NCBI RefSeq assembly: GCF_009914755.1
Contig: NC_060935.1
Length of the DNA stretch: 64,000 bases
DNA from: the human T2T-CHM13v2.0 reference genome, Homo sapiens
Direction: 5' to 3' (one strand)
Each line of letters starts with the position of its first letter. Within the stretch, counting starts at the first letter, position 1. This document shows positions 36,801-48,712 of this stretch, in pieces. The translations under genes were made by a program, and so were the position numbers. The notes under the pieces were generated by a model that searched no databases, had not been told where the DNA came from, and saw only the letters and a program-made list of their open reading frames with translations.

Positions 36801-39800
36801 AAGTGACTTTCCCAGTAAGTGTGTGGTACCGGCTGAACTCAAGTTCAGATCCTAGGTTAGCAGTCCTATAAATTGAGAAACAGAACCTCACTACTCAAGC
36901 CAAGCTGATGTCTACCCCAAACCAAACATCCAAGTATGCACTGGGGTAGGTGCTTTGTGACCAGTTCCCATGGACTCCACTTGAGAGCCCTTCGAATCCT
37001 CCCCCGCCCCACACCACCCCCCATCACCCCCTGCCACGAGCTCTGCATCAGCCTCAGAGCCTGGTTTGTTTCTTCAGGGTATTTATGTCAAGGATTCCCA
37101 AATTTGTTATTCAGTTCTTTCCCCACTGATTCCCAGCTCCATTCCTCAGCCACACACCAAGCTACACAGTGCCTCATGGACTCCCCTCCTGCAATGGGTT
37201 CTCTGGAGTCCCTCCTGCAGCCTTTTGAGGGAGGTGCCTATTTCTTCCAGATTAGAGACCCTCCTGTCCTCTAGATACCTGTAGCTCTCCAGGATCCCCC
37301 AGCTTCCTCTAGACAAGCTCATATCTCAAGCAGTGTGCATCCAGGAGGGGATTCTTCCCTCCACATGAGACATAGGCCCCAGGTTGAGTGGCAGAACTGC
37401 CTCTTCAGGCCAAAACCCAGGCGTGCTGCCTCAACACGAAGACCACACTTTGGCATTATACGTCTTCCCAAAGTTACAATACATCCACCCCCTGGGCTTC
37501 GTTCTAGATTCTTTCAACACTTAAGTGTCTTATTACAAGTCTCTTTCCTGTTTAGGGAACGGGCAATGAAATTGTGTAGGCAAGGGGTGCTCCGTTTACC
37601 TGGTGCATTCGAGGCTGAAGACAAGGAGACATTATCCTCCAAAATACTTTTTTTTAAAGCAAGTCTGCCCTAGAGTAAAGTCTTCCTAAATTTTGATTGT
37701 TACTGCGCTATGAACAGAGGTTGTATCCACATTTAATGGAACATAGCAGTGAGAGAAACTGGAATATTGGAACTGCTGTCCTCCGCTGATGAAAGGAGGT
37801 TGTAAATAACATTTTGCTGTTGGTAAACACGCACAATAAATACAGAAATATGGAGCCATGCAAAAAACTTTCGACTCTGTCACATGTTATTGGTGGAAAC
37901 CACTCATAGAAAATCAAACACAGACTTTGACTTGCAGTCACAGAAATAGTATACTACCTGGAGTTTCTTTAGGATTTGCAATCTCTGTGCGGTTGCAGGC
38001 TCTGCTTGTGTTATCTTTTCATGAGGGTCTAGACCTGAGTTTGCAGAATGATTCAGAAATCAGTGTATTTCCTGCTTCATATAGTGTGATTAATCTTTTT
38101 TGATTTTACATGTCTACAAATGGTGTTAGTGGTCATAACTGCAAATGATTGTGATTTTTATTGGTCTAGAATGTGAATGTTTGTGTTAGAGCATCTGCAA
38201 AAGCAAACACTTTTGCTATGTTGAAAAAATAATGAAGATCTAAGTGATTTTAAGATGGCATTTTGTGAATGCATGCTAAAATGCTGCTAGATTTTTATTT
38301 GTTTTACTGTTAATGCTGCATTGAAGATATAGTAGTGCTGCAGCACAATTTTTTTCTATTTCTTCTTTTCCTTTGTCCTTCAAAAAATACCCATTCTAGT
38401 TGCAATTTTTGTTCAAAAATCAAGATAGTCACACACTAAGATAAGTTCACTATCTAAGAAGTAAAGAAATGTAAAAGTAAAGCATCTCATAGCAGTTATC
38501 AGCTGTTTTGTGTCATACATAAATAACATTTTGCTTAGCATTGGCATATTTTTTGTGTACGTTCTAATAGAATGGCCAATAAATCAAAGTCATCTAAATG
38601 TCTTTATCAACACCTTAGGTATTACACTCACTGATGTTTAGCATCTTTCATATTGCAATTATAAAGGTCCCTCAAACCCTGGCTGATAAATTATTTTAGG
38701 TTTCTTGTGAAGAAGGGTTGTGTTTAACTATTAATTTTCATACCAGCTTATACCTAATAGAGTGTGTGGCTAATGAATGTGTTAAATTAAATTGAGTTAG
38801 ATTGAATCAAATTGAATTGAACAGAAATAAATTGAATTGTATTGAATGATAAACCGGAGAGGGATAATGCATGGTGATCTAATAGCATCTGATAATAACA
38901 GAACACTGAATTTACACGCCTAACTTAGGAGATATTTGATAACTCATGAGTGGGAAAATTGCCCTTCTCCTATGTTCCTGGGCATCCTTGCCAAGTGGAG
39001 ATGAATGTCACAGGAGACCTCAGGCAGTTATACAGTTCAAGCATCTTCTGTATTTGTGTGGCAGGAAATTGTGCCAGAAGGGTCACAAACCTGCTTTATT
39101 ATTCTGTATGTCACCAAGCAGGAGCTCCATTTTTTAAAGATTTTTTTAAAAATTTTCTTTTGTTCAGCAGCAGCTGGCTGTGTGTGGGCACTTAGGAACA
39201 AGTGATGTGAGTGCGTGTGTGTGTGTGGATCAGATAGGGGGTATCATTTGCTAGTTTTAATTGGTAGATTCAACATCTTCCACTAACCATGCAGAAGCCA
39301 CTGGCTGAGGAGTTACCATGGTAAATCAAACTCCGCTGTGTGATTGGTAGACTTCTGAAGCAGGTACAGTCACTCTAATCAACTCCAGGAAAGTTGAGGC
39401 CATCTGGTTTTGCCTCACTTGGAAGTAATTTACCACCCCAGGTGCAAAAAATTTACCCTGAGGTCAGTAACAGTAAACCTGCCTCAAAGATGTTCCAGCT
39501 GAGTATGGAAGAGGAGTGGTGTGACATAGTAATTTCTGTTTGTTTTTATATTTTCAAGCTTGGGAAAGTGAGGGGGCTAATCATGCAAGCCAGAGCCAAG
39601 AATAGATTTGGCAGGTGCTGACCCAGCTAGTTTCAGACAGCAAAGTGAAAACTCCTGAAGCTCATTCTACAGCACTTCTTTAATGGTCCAGTTCAGAATG
39701 TCTAACTAATTGAGATTTTATAAAAGGAACTTTGACTAAGCATCAAGTTGCTGAAGAATATGATGGAAGAGATAGGCTTTTTTTTTTTTATTTGAGTAGT

Positions 39801-40245
39801 AAGGAGTGAAATTGGGAATATTTGCAAGGAAGGGAATCTTTCAACAAGACTTCACTCTAAAAAAAATAAAAGTATGTTGGGCCACAAACATTATGCATAG
39901 CTATTTAGGATTGTAGATATTCTTGTAATCAGACAGGATGTAGCCAGCCCTAACCAAAATATACACAGTGAGAAGACTTCAGAATCATTAGCTCTTTGGA
40001 ATAGTTAGAGGAATGTGTTCGGCTCATATGACATTGATTTGTTTTGGCTGCACTTGAAATGTGTGGTCTTTGCAAGTCAATAGAAATGAAGTCCTTTATT
40101 GAATAGTAGAAACTCCATGGAGTAAATTATACAAAGAAATGGAAGGCCAGGGTTCTCAGTCTCTTGTTTATTTGTGGGAGTGGATACCAGGCAGGATGGG
40201 TGGGGCTTTCGAAAGGAAAGCTCAGGGGCTTGGGAGAAAGGTCAG

Positions 40246-40593
40246 TGTTTTAGACTTTTTGGGCTCCTAGAGCAAAATACCATAGACTGGGTAGGTTAAA
40301 ACAACAGACATCTCTTTTTCACAGCTCTGGAAGCTATGAAGTTCAAGATCAATGTCTCATCAGGTTCTGTGTCTGGTGAGGGCCCTCCTCTTGGTTTGCA
40401 GATGGCTGTCTTCTCCTGTGTCCTCATGTGGTAGAAGGGGCAAGGGGACTCTCCTCTCCCTTTTGGGAGCCTCTGGGAAGTCTCTACTCTCCTTACCTAA
40501 TTACCTCCGAAATGCTCCTCCTCCAAATACCCTTGCATTGGAGATTAAATTTCAATGCATGAATTTGGGGACACAAACATTTAGCCTATGGCA
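40246..40593 (-). mobile_element. MLT1A-like solo LTR
   Basis: CAAAATACCATAGACTGGGT...CACAGCTCTGGAAGCT...AAGTTCAAGATCAA...GGTTTGCAGATGG...GGGGACACAAACATTTAGCCTATGGCA. Confidence 0.88.
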
Positions 40594-43500
40594 GTAGGAA
40601 TAGCAAAGTCAGATTAACGGACAGCCATGGAGAAGGTCATTTTGGAAGCTGGATTCTTCCAGAAGTGTGATAATCCCACAAAGCTGGAAATGGGAAGGCC
40701 CTGAAAAATCAGCTGGTGTGACTTCTCCGTCTATTAATGAGAGGGTGGAAGGCCAGAGGGCAATATAGATAAGGAATAATCAAAATAGTGGTGGATTCCA
40801 ATTTTACAGTACCCTGTTCAGAGATGCACTGAGCCAGCAGAGCCTGAAAAGCTACTGGAATCGTGTGTCTCCCCACCCTCCGGTGCCCTAATTGTGCAGT
40901 TATTTCAGACTTAGACTTCAATCATTTTACAAGTTTAATACTGATGTGGAAGGACTGAGGTGGAATTGCTCTTTGTCCAGATTCTCTTTGTTCTTTGGCT
41001 CAAGAGCAGTAAGGAATGGACAGACGTGTCCTTCTTTCCCCTGCCTGGAGAGGGAACACAATTAGGAATCCTGGTATGTGAGTCTGTCTCCACTTCATCT
41101 CCTCTACAAAAAGAGGCAGACATAGCACTTGTGATAAGCCAGCTCCTCTCACCATCTTCACCCTCTCTAAGCTTTTAGTCAACTCTCCAGAGAGTCAGAA
41201 TCTGTTAAAACACACTTAACATGACCCACAAAGCAACACAAAGTTAAGGAGCAGGGTGCTGTGTACTTTAGCACGTGGGCACCACACCATTCCCTCTAAA
41301 AGCTAACTCAACAAGGGAAAGTGAGGAGGGACATCATGTTGGAAAAGCAGTGTGAGGAAGAGAGGAGGAGGCAGAAAAGCACAAGAAGGGGAGATGAGAG
41401 AGAAAGAAAGGAGGAGAGAAAGGAAGAAAGGTAAGAGTGAGTCTTTTGTGGGTTGCACACTCTCTTTAAGAATCTGATAAAAATTCTTTCTTTCTCTGGA
41501 AAACAAAATGCATAGGATCACATATTGCAAATAATTTGGGGTTCAGAAGCCCATATATAGACTTGGGTAAGGAGATCTAATCTATCTATCTACCTATCTA
41601 TCTATCCTAACAACTGCAATTTAGCAAAGTTACATATATATATGTGTATTTGTGTGTCAGTGTGTATATAATTGTGAAATTGCCATTAAGTTAGGTACAT
41701 GTTACATGCATTGAAATATGGAATATATGTCAAACCCAATCTCTCATTATCCAAAAGGTACAAGAGTGAATAATGGGAAAGAATTGAGCAAAGACACATT
41801 CAAGGTGACTGTCAGCAATGAAGAGTTAATAGTGAGGCCTCCTACAATGTAGTGACTTCTTTAAGGGAAGGGATTTGAAGCCATGGGATTTCGGATGATT
41901 TAAAATGAGCCTCACTAAAGCCCTGGATCACACAGTGCAGGAAACAAACCTGAAAATAGCCAGAGTAGCAGGCAGAGAAGACTAACTGATCTCTACTCTT
42001 TGAACCCCATGGTTCCAGTCCATTTAATTGTTCTTCAGGCTAACAACTTCACTTTCCATAGGGGAGGCAGTGTAAGTGACCATGGCCTGGGGTTATGGGT
42101 CAGAACATCATACCTCATTATTTTAAATGAATAAACATTTCAAACAACCACTGCATTTCATTGGTTTTCCAGAACATGATTCATTTTACCCGTGTTTCCT
42201 CATTTCTGTTTAAAAATCCAGCGCAATATTATGGATTTATTGTCACACTGACAAGGATGTGTGTGTATGTTAAGATTCAAAGATCACATTTGCCTCTGCT
42301 CTCACAGGAAGAGGTTAGGGGAATGGCACATTCCACTGGTTTGTCTGTGCACAGGAGTGCAGGGCATGTGACTCTTGGGGAAACTCCTACAGCTGGCTGT
42401 CCGGATCACCAGGAATCATGAAAGCAGGCTTTGTAAACATTGCATGCATTCCCAGACATTGAACATTGTGACATTTCATGACCAGCTCTCTCAGAAGAGA
42501 TGCCAAGTGTAGATGTCCTTTCTGGAACATCCGTGCATAATTAGGCTGCCCCCAACTCCTCACCACATACATGCAACATTTTCCTGCTGTTGAGTAATCA
42601 TTTGTGCTTGGCTAGTTTTCTGTCTCCTCAAACATCATCTCAGGGCAAAAAGGCACAGCGTGTAGAATATGCTTCTTATAGCAGAGTTAACCAGGGCTTC
42701 CTCATCTCATTACTAGAATCTCCTGCACCAGATTCCACACTGTCTCTCTTCTCACTTCATATCTTGTTCATATGATTGTTCATATCTTTCTACCACTAGA
42801 TAATGATGTTTAGAAGACAGATCTAGGTTACAGTATCTCGTATTTTATAATTATTCTATGAATTAAAACTCATAAAGTTAGAAACCCTTGACATGCCATT
42901 CAAGAATTTAAATTCTGATTGGAACCTAACTTTTCTAGCCTGGTAGTGGAAAAATGAAAGATGATAAATCATGGGTTCTAATCCTGACTTTTCCTACTTG
43001 CTTACTTTCTGTTACTGGGTACTTGGTTAAGTTTAAAGAACTGTGTAGGCATGTGACATACATTAGTTCATCGTAACAATTGGGTGAAGCAGGTGCTCTT
43101 ATCTTTATTGCTTACATTAAACTCAGAAAGGTACAGAAACTTATCTGTGAGCACGTGGACTTGCTTCATTTGAATTCACATCCGTCTGATGCCAATAGCC
43201 ATGCTATACAGCCTTTCTTTGTGTATGCCTGTGCATCCTTGGTAAGTCTTTATTTTTTTTCCAATGTAAATTGGGGTTGTGGGGAGTGTAGACTAGACCA
43301 GTTGTATTCAATATTTTTAGTTCTCCATGTCTCCCATGAAGCACAATTTGAAAATCACTAGAATACCTCTAACATGATGCCTACTCTAACATTCTAATTT
43401 TATCTCTTTGTCATTATCATCCCCCTTCCAACCCTTTTCAGCACCATGAATTTCATGTTCCTCCATTTGAACAGTGTCTTCTTCTCAGAATGTGCTGGTC

Positions 43501-43730
43501 ATTTCTGTGCCTCTACTTCTTCCAAATGCTCTGCTCTCTGTGAATCTTTCTCAGTCTCCTCCACCTGAGGAACTGTTCCAAGGCTTTTGCATTTTGCTTA
43601 CGTCTTTATTGTTGTCAGCCATCCCTGTATTAGAGCTAGCTGGATATTCATCTGGACCCTTCTATAGGTTGATTCATAAATTTTTATGATGGAGACTGAT
43701 GACTTTCTCATTTTAGTTTTCTGTAGGATC

Positions 43731-44562
43731 TGTGTTAGTTTCCCATGCTTGCTGTAACAAATTACCACAAACTGGGTGACTTAAAACAACCAGAAGTGTA
43801 TTCTCTCACAGTTCTGGAGCCCAGAAGTCCAAACTCAACTTCACTGGCCCCACATCAAGACATTGGCAGAGCCGCAGGAGCGTAGGGGATAATCTATTTC
43901 TCATCTCTTCTTTCTTCCAGTGGCTTCCGGTATTCTTTGGATTGATACATTATCTCATTCTTCAAGGCCAACATTTTCAAATTTCTCTCTGATGCATATT
44001 CACATTGCTTTCTCTTCTATATATGTTCAAATTTGCTTCTTTCTTGCTCTGTTATGAATTAATTGCATTGCATTTAGGACCCACTCAGATACTCCAGAAT
44101 AATCTTCCCATCTATGGATCCTTAACTTAATTGCATCTGTAAATTACCCCCACCCCAACCTCCTCCACCAAACACACACCATATAAGCTCATGTCCACAG
44201 ATTCCAGGGATTAGGATGTGCATGGCTTTTGTGAAACATTTTTTTTTTCTTTTGAGACAGGGTCTTGCTCTGTCTCCCAGGCAGGAGTGCAGTGGCACAG
44301 TAACAGCTCACTGCAGCCTTGACCTCCTAGGCTCAAGAGATCCTCCTACCTCGGCCTCTTAAGTAGCTGGAACCATAGGCATGTGCCACCACACTCAGCT
44401 AATTTGGCTAATTTTTGTATTTTATAGGGTTTCACCATGTTGCTCATGCTGGTCTTAAGCTCCTGAGCTCAAGCAGTCTGCCTGTTCCCAAAGTGCTGGG
44501 ATGACCAGGCATGAGCCACTGTACCCAACCAGCTTTTGTGGAATATTTTTTAGCCTCTCACA
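43731..44562 (-). mobile_element. MLT1 (C/D/E-like) LTR interrupted by an Alu
   Basis: TGTGTTAGTTTCC...GCTGTAACAAATTACCACAAACTGGGTGACTTAAAACAAC...CCAGGGATTAGGATGTG...TAGCCTCTCACA. Confidence 0.88.
44238..44530 (-). mobile_element. AluJ
   Basis: GAGACAGGGTCTTGCTCTG...CACTGCAGCCTTGACCTCCTAGGCTCAAG; TSD GCTTTTGTGAAACATTTT / GCTTTTGTGGAATATTTT. Confidence 0.95.
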
Positions 44563-45932
44563 GTGTGCCCAACCTTTGGCTTCCAAAGATTCTTGTCTGT
44601 CCCACATGCAAAATACATTTTCCCCATACCAACATACTGCCAAATTTCAGCCTGTTACAGCATCAACTCACATCCAAAATCTTACCTAAGTGTCATCAGC
44701 CCCAAAAGTCCCAAACTCAGCATCTAGATCAGGTATGGGTGGTACTATGGATATGATCCACCCCAAGGTAAAGTTTCTGTTCACTTGTTGACCTGTGAAA
44801 CTAGAAGACGGGTTATCTGCTTCTAAAATTTAATGGCAGAATAAGCATAGAATAACAGTTGTAGGCACTCCTATTCCAAAGGGGAGAAAATGGAAGGAAG
44901 AAAAGGTTACCCAGACCCAGGCACCTTCCAAATCCAGTAGGGCAAATTCCATTACATGCAAGGCCTGGGAATAATCCCCTGAGGCTAATTTCACTGCCCT
45001 CTGGGCCCATAGCTCTGCCTTCTGGCCTTGCAATTCTGGGCTCTGGTTCCAAAGCTCAGCCCTCACAGTCATCTTTCCTTTTTTCATGAAGGGTAGCACA
45101 TGTTTGCAACTTTGTAGTTTTATGAGCTTATTTTCTTTCTATGGAATTTTGGGAGTCTAGCAACCTTCTTTCATTTAGTCATGTCCTTGATCCTTTCAGT
45201 CTAAGCTGGACATGTTTCTACTGATGTAATATTCTCAAAAACCTGGTGATTCTCCTGTATGTGTCATAGGGATTCATATTATTAGACAAAAGGGTCCTCC
45301 ACAGAATTTCTTAGATAATCTCATCTTTCTTTCTGACCTATGCTGATATCCATTCATATCCAAGGGTCACATACCCATTCCCTTCAGTTCTAGCAACAGG
45401 GTGTTCAGTCATATACTTGGCGTTCTCTCCAGAGGACATTTTGTTAACAGTGGATCTTCTAATTTTAGCATATTTTGCAATTTAAACAAGCTGTTAATTT
45501 CTAAATCAAGGGTCTTTTTTTGCGTAACACTTCTTTCCTCAATTAATCTATTTTTGCTCACATTTTACTATAAGCAGAAAGAAGAAACCAGGCTGCACCT
45601 TGAGTACTTTGCTTGGAAGTCTCATCAGCTAAATGTCCACATTAATGGCTTAAAAGTTTTGCTTTACACTAACTGTAAAACAATTCAGCTAAGTTTCTGC
45701 TTCTGTATAACAAAAATTGCCTTTCTTCTAGTTTCCAACAACATGCTTCTAATTTTTTTCTGAGACCTCACCAGAAGGGCTTCTATGGATTCGCTGGTAA
45801 AGACAATCTGGGCTTTTTCTATCATGCACTTACAAGTTCTTTGAGCCTCTACTCATTGTCCAATTCCAAAGCCAGCTGCACATTTTTAAAGTGTATTTCT
45901 TCTAGCAATAACTCACTTCCTTGTAGCAAAAT
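44563..45932 (-). mobile_element. MaLR internal sequence (MLT-int-like)
   Basis: TCCCACATGCAAAATACATT, CCTGTGAAACTAGAA, CCTATTCCAAAGGGGAGAAA, CTGAGACCTCA, CAATTCCAAAGCC..CACATTTT are typical antisense MaLR-int landmarks. Confidence 0.75.
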
Positions 45933-46341
45933 CTGCATCAGTCAGGGTTAAACCAGAGACACAGAACTAGTAAGAGACATCAAAAGGGGTGCATTGCAGG
46001 GAGTTGGCTCACATGATGATGGGTGCTGGCTAGGCAAGTCTGAAATCTGTAAAGCAGGCCATCAGGAATGGCAGCTGGAGCTTTCTGGCACAGGCTGAAG
46101 CTGCTGTCCACAAGTGGGATTTCTTTCCAGAAACCTCAGTTCTGCCTGTAGGGCCTTTCAGCTGATTGGGTGAGACCCACCCAGATTATCCAGGATCATC
46201 TCTTTTATTTAAAACCAATTTTATTTTTGAATGTTAATCTCATCTACAAAAATGGCTTCACAGCAATGACGAGATTAGTATTTGATTGACTAACTGGGCA
46301 TTGCAGCCTAGCCAAGTTAACATGTCAAACTGACCATCACA
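45933..46341 (-). mobile_element. MLT2C-like ERVL LTR
   Basis: CAGTCAGGGTT..CCAGAGA.ACAGAAC...TTGGCTCACATGAT...CTGATTGGGTGAGACCCACCCAGATTAT...GCCTAGCCAAGTTAACA...ACCATCACA. Confidence 0.85.
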
Positions 46342-48712
46342 GGTTAGTAAACACGTCACACAGCCAAGTTAACACAACAAACTGACGATCACAGGTTAGT
46401 TTACACGTCACACAGCCAAAACACGTCAAACTGACCATCACAGGTTAGTTAACACGTCACACAGCCAAGTTAACACGTCAAACTGACCATCACAGGTTAG
46501 TTAACACGTCACTCAGCCAAGTTAACACGTCACACTGACCATCACAGATTAGTTAACACGTCACTCAGCCAAGTTAACACGTCACACTGACCATCACAGG
46601 TTAGTTAACACGTCACACAGCCAAGTTAACACGTCACACTGACCATCACAGGTTAGTTAACACGTCACTCAGCCAAGTTAACACGTCAAACTGACCGTCA
46701 CCGGTTAGTTAACACGTCACACAGCCAAGTTAACACGTCAAACTGACCGTCACAGGTTAGTTAACATGTCACACAGCCAAGTTAACACGTCACACTGACC
46801 GTCACAGGTTAGTTAACACGTCACCCAGCCAAGTTAACACGTCAAACTGACCGTCACAGGTTAGTTAACACGTCACACAGACAAGTTAACACATCACACT
46901 GACCGTCACAGGTTAGTTAACAGGTCACCCAGCCAAGTTAACACGTCACACTGACCATCACAGGTTAGTTAACACGTCACACAGCCAGGTTAACACGTCA
47001 CACTGACCATCACAGGTTAGTTAACACGTCACACAGCCAAGTTAACACGTCAAACTGACGATCACAGGTTAGTTAACACGTCACACAGCCAAAACACATC
47101 AAACTGACCATCACAGGTTAGCTAACACGTCACACAGCCAAGTTAACACGTCACACTGACCGTCACAGGTTAGTTTACACGTCACACAGCCAAAACACGT
47201 CAAACTGACCATCACAGGTTAGTTAACATGTCACACAGCCAAGTTAACACGTCAAACTGACGATCACAGGTTAGTTAACACGTCACACAGCCAAGTAAGT
47301 TAACACGTCAAACTGACCGTCACAGGTTAGTTAACACGTCACACAGCCAAGTTAACACGTCACACAGCCAAGTTAACACGTCAAACTGACCGTCACAGGT
47401 TAGTTAACACGTCACACAGCCAAGTTAACACGTCAAACTGACCGTCACAGGTTAGTTAACACGTCACACAGCCAAGTTAACACGTCAAACTGACCATCAC
47501 AGGTTAGTTAACACGTCACACAGCCAAAACACGTCAAACTGACCATCACAGGTTAGTTAACGTGTCACACAGCCAAGTTAACACGTCAAACTGACGATCA
47601 CAGGTTAGTTTACACGTCACACAGCCAAAACACGTCAAACTGACCATCACAGGTTAGTTAACACGTCACACAGCCAAGTAAGTTAACACGTCAAACTGAC
47701 CGTCACAGGTTAGTTAACACGTCACACAGCCAAGTTAACACATCACACAGCCAAGTTAACACGTCAAACTGACCGTCACAGGTTAGTTAACACGTCACAC
47801 AGCCAAGTTAACACGTCAAACTGACCGTCACAGTTTAGTTAACACGTCACACAGCCAAGTTAACACGTCAAACTGACCATCACAGGTTAGTTAACACATC
47901 ACACAGCCAAAACACGTCAAACTGACCACCACAGGTTAGTTAACACGTCACACAGCCAAGTTAACACGTCAAACTGACCATCACAGGTTAGTTAACACGT
48001 CACACAGCCAAGTTAACACGTCAAACTGACCGTCACAGGTTAGTTAACACGTCACTCACCCAGGTTAACACGTCACACTGACCGTCACAGGTTAGTTAAC
48101 ACGTCACACAGCCAAGTTAACACGTCACACTGACCATCACAGGTTAGTTAACACGTCACTCAGCCAAGTTAACACGTCACACTGACCGTCACAGGTTAGT
48201 TAACACGTCACACAGCCAAGTTAACACGTCAAACTGACCGTCACAGGTTAGTTAACACGTCACACAGCCAAGTTAACACGTCACACTGACCATCACAGGT
48301 TGGTTAACACGTCACTCAGCCAAGTTAACACGTCACACTGACCGTCACAGGTTAGTTAACACGTCACACAGCCAGGTTAGCACGTCACACTGAGAATCAC
48401 AGGTTAGTTAACACGTCACACAGTCAAGTTAACACGTCAAACTGACCATCACAGGTTAGTTAACACGTCACACAGCCAAGTTAACACGTCACACTGACCA
48501 TCACAGGTTAGTTAACACGTCACTCAGCCAAGTTAACACGTCACACTGACCATCACAGGTTAGTTAACACGTCACACAGCCAAGTTAACACGTCACACTG
48601 ACCATCACAGGTTAGTTAACACGTCACTCAGCCAAGTTAACACGTCACACTGACCATCACAGGTTAGTTAACACGTCACACAGCCAAGTTAACACGTCAC
48701 ACTGACCACCAC
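46310..48712. repeat. Minisatellite/VNTR, 52-bp unit, ~46 copies
   Basis: Unit CACAGCCAAGTTAACACGTCA(C/A)ACTGACC(A/G)TCACAGGTTAGTTAACACGTCA; period 52 measured (46566 to 46618); variants of -3, +4 and +21 bp. Confidence 0.98.

Noticed and set aside
46310-48712. CRISPR-like array
   Set aside because: Units are head-to-tail with no unique spacers, there are no cas genes, and the DNA is primate; this is a minisatellite
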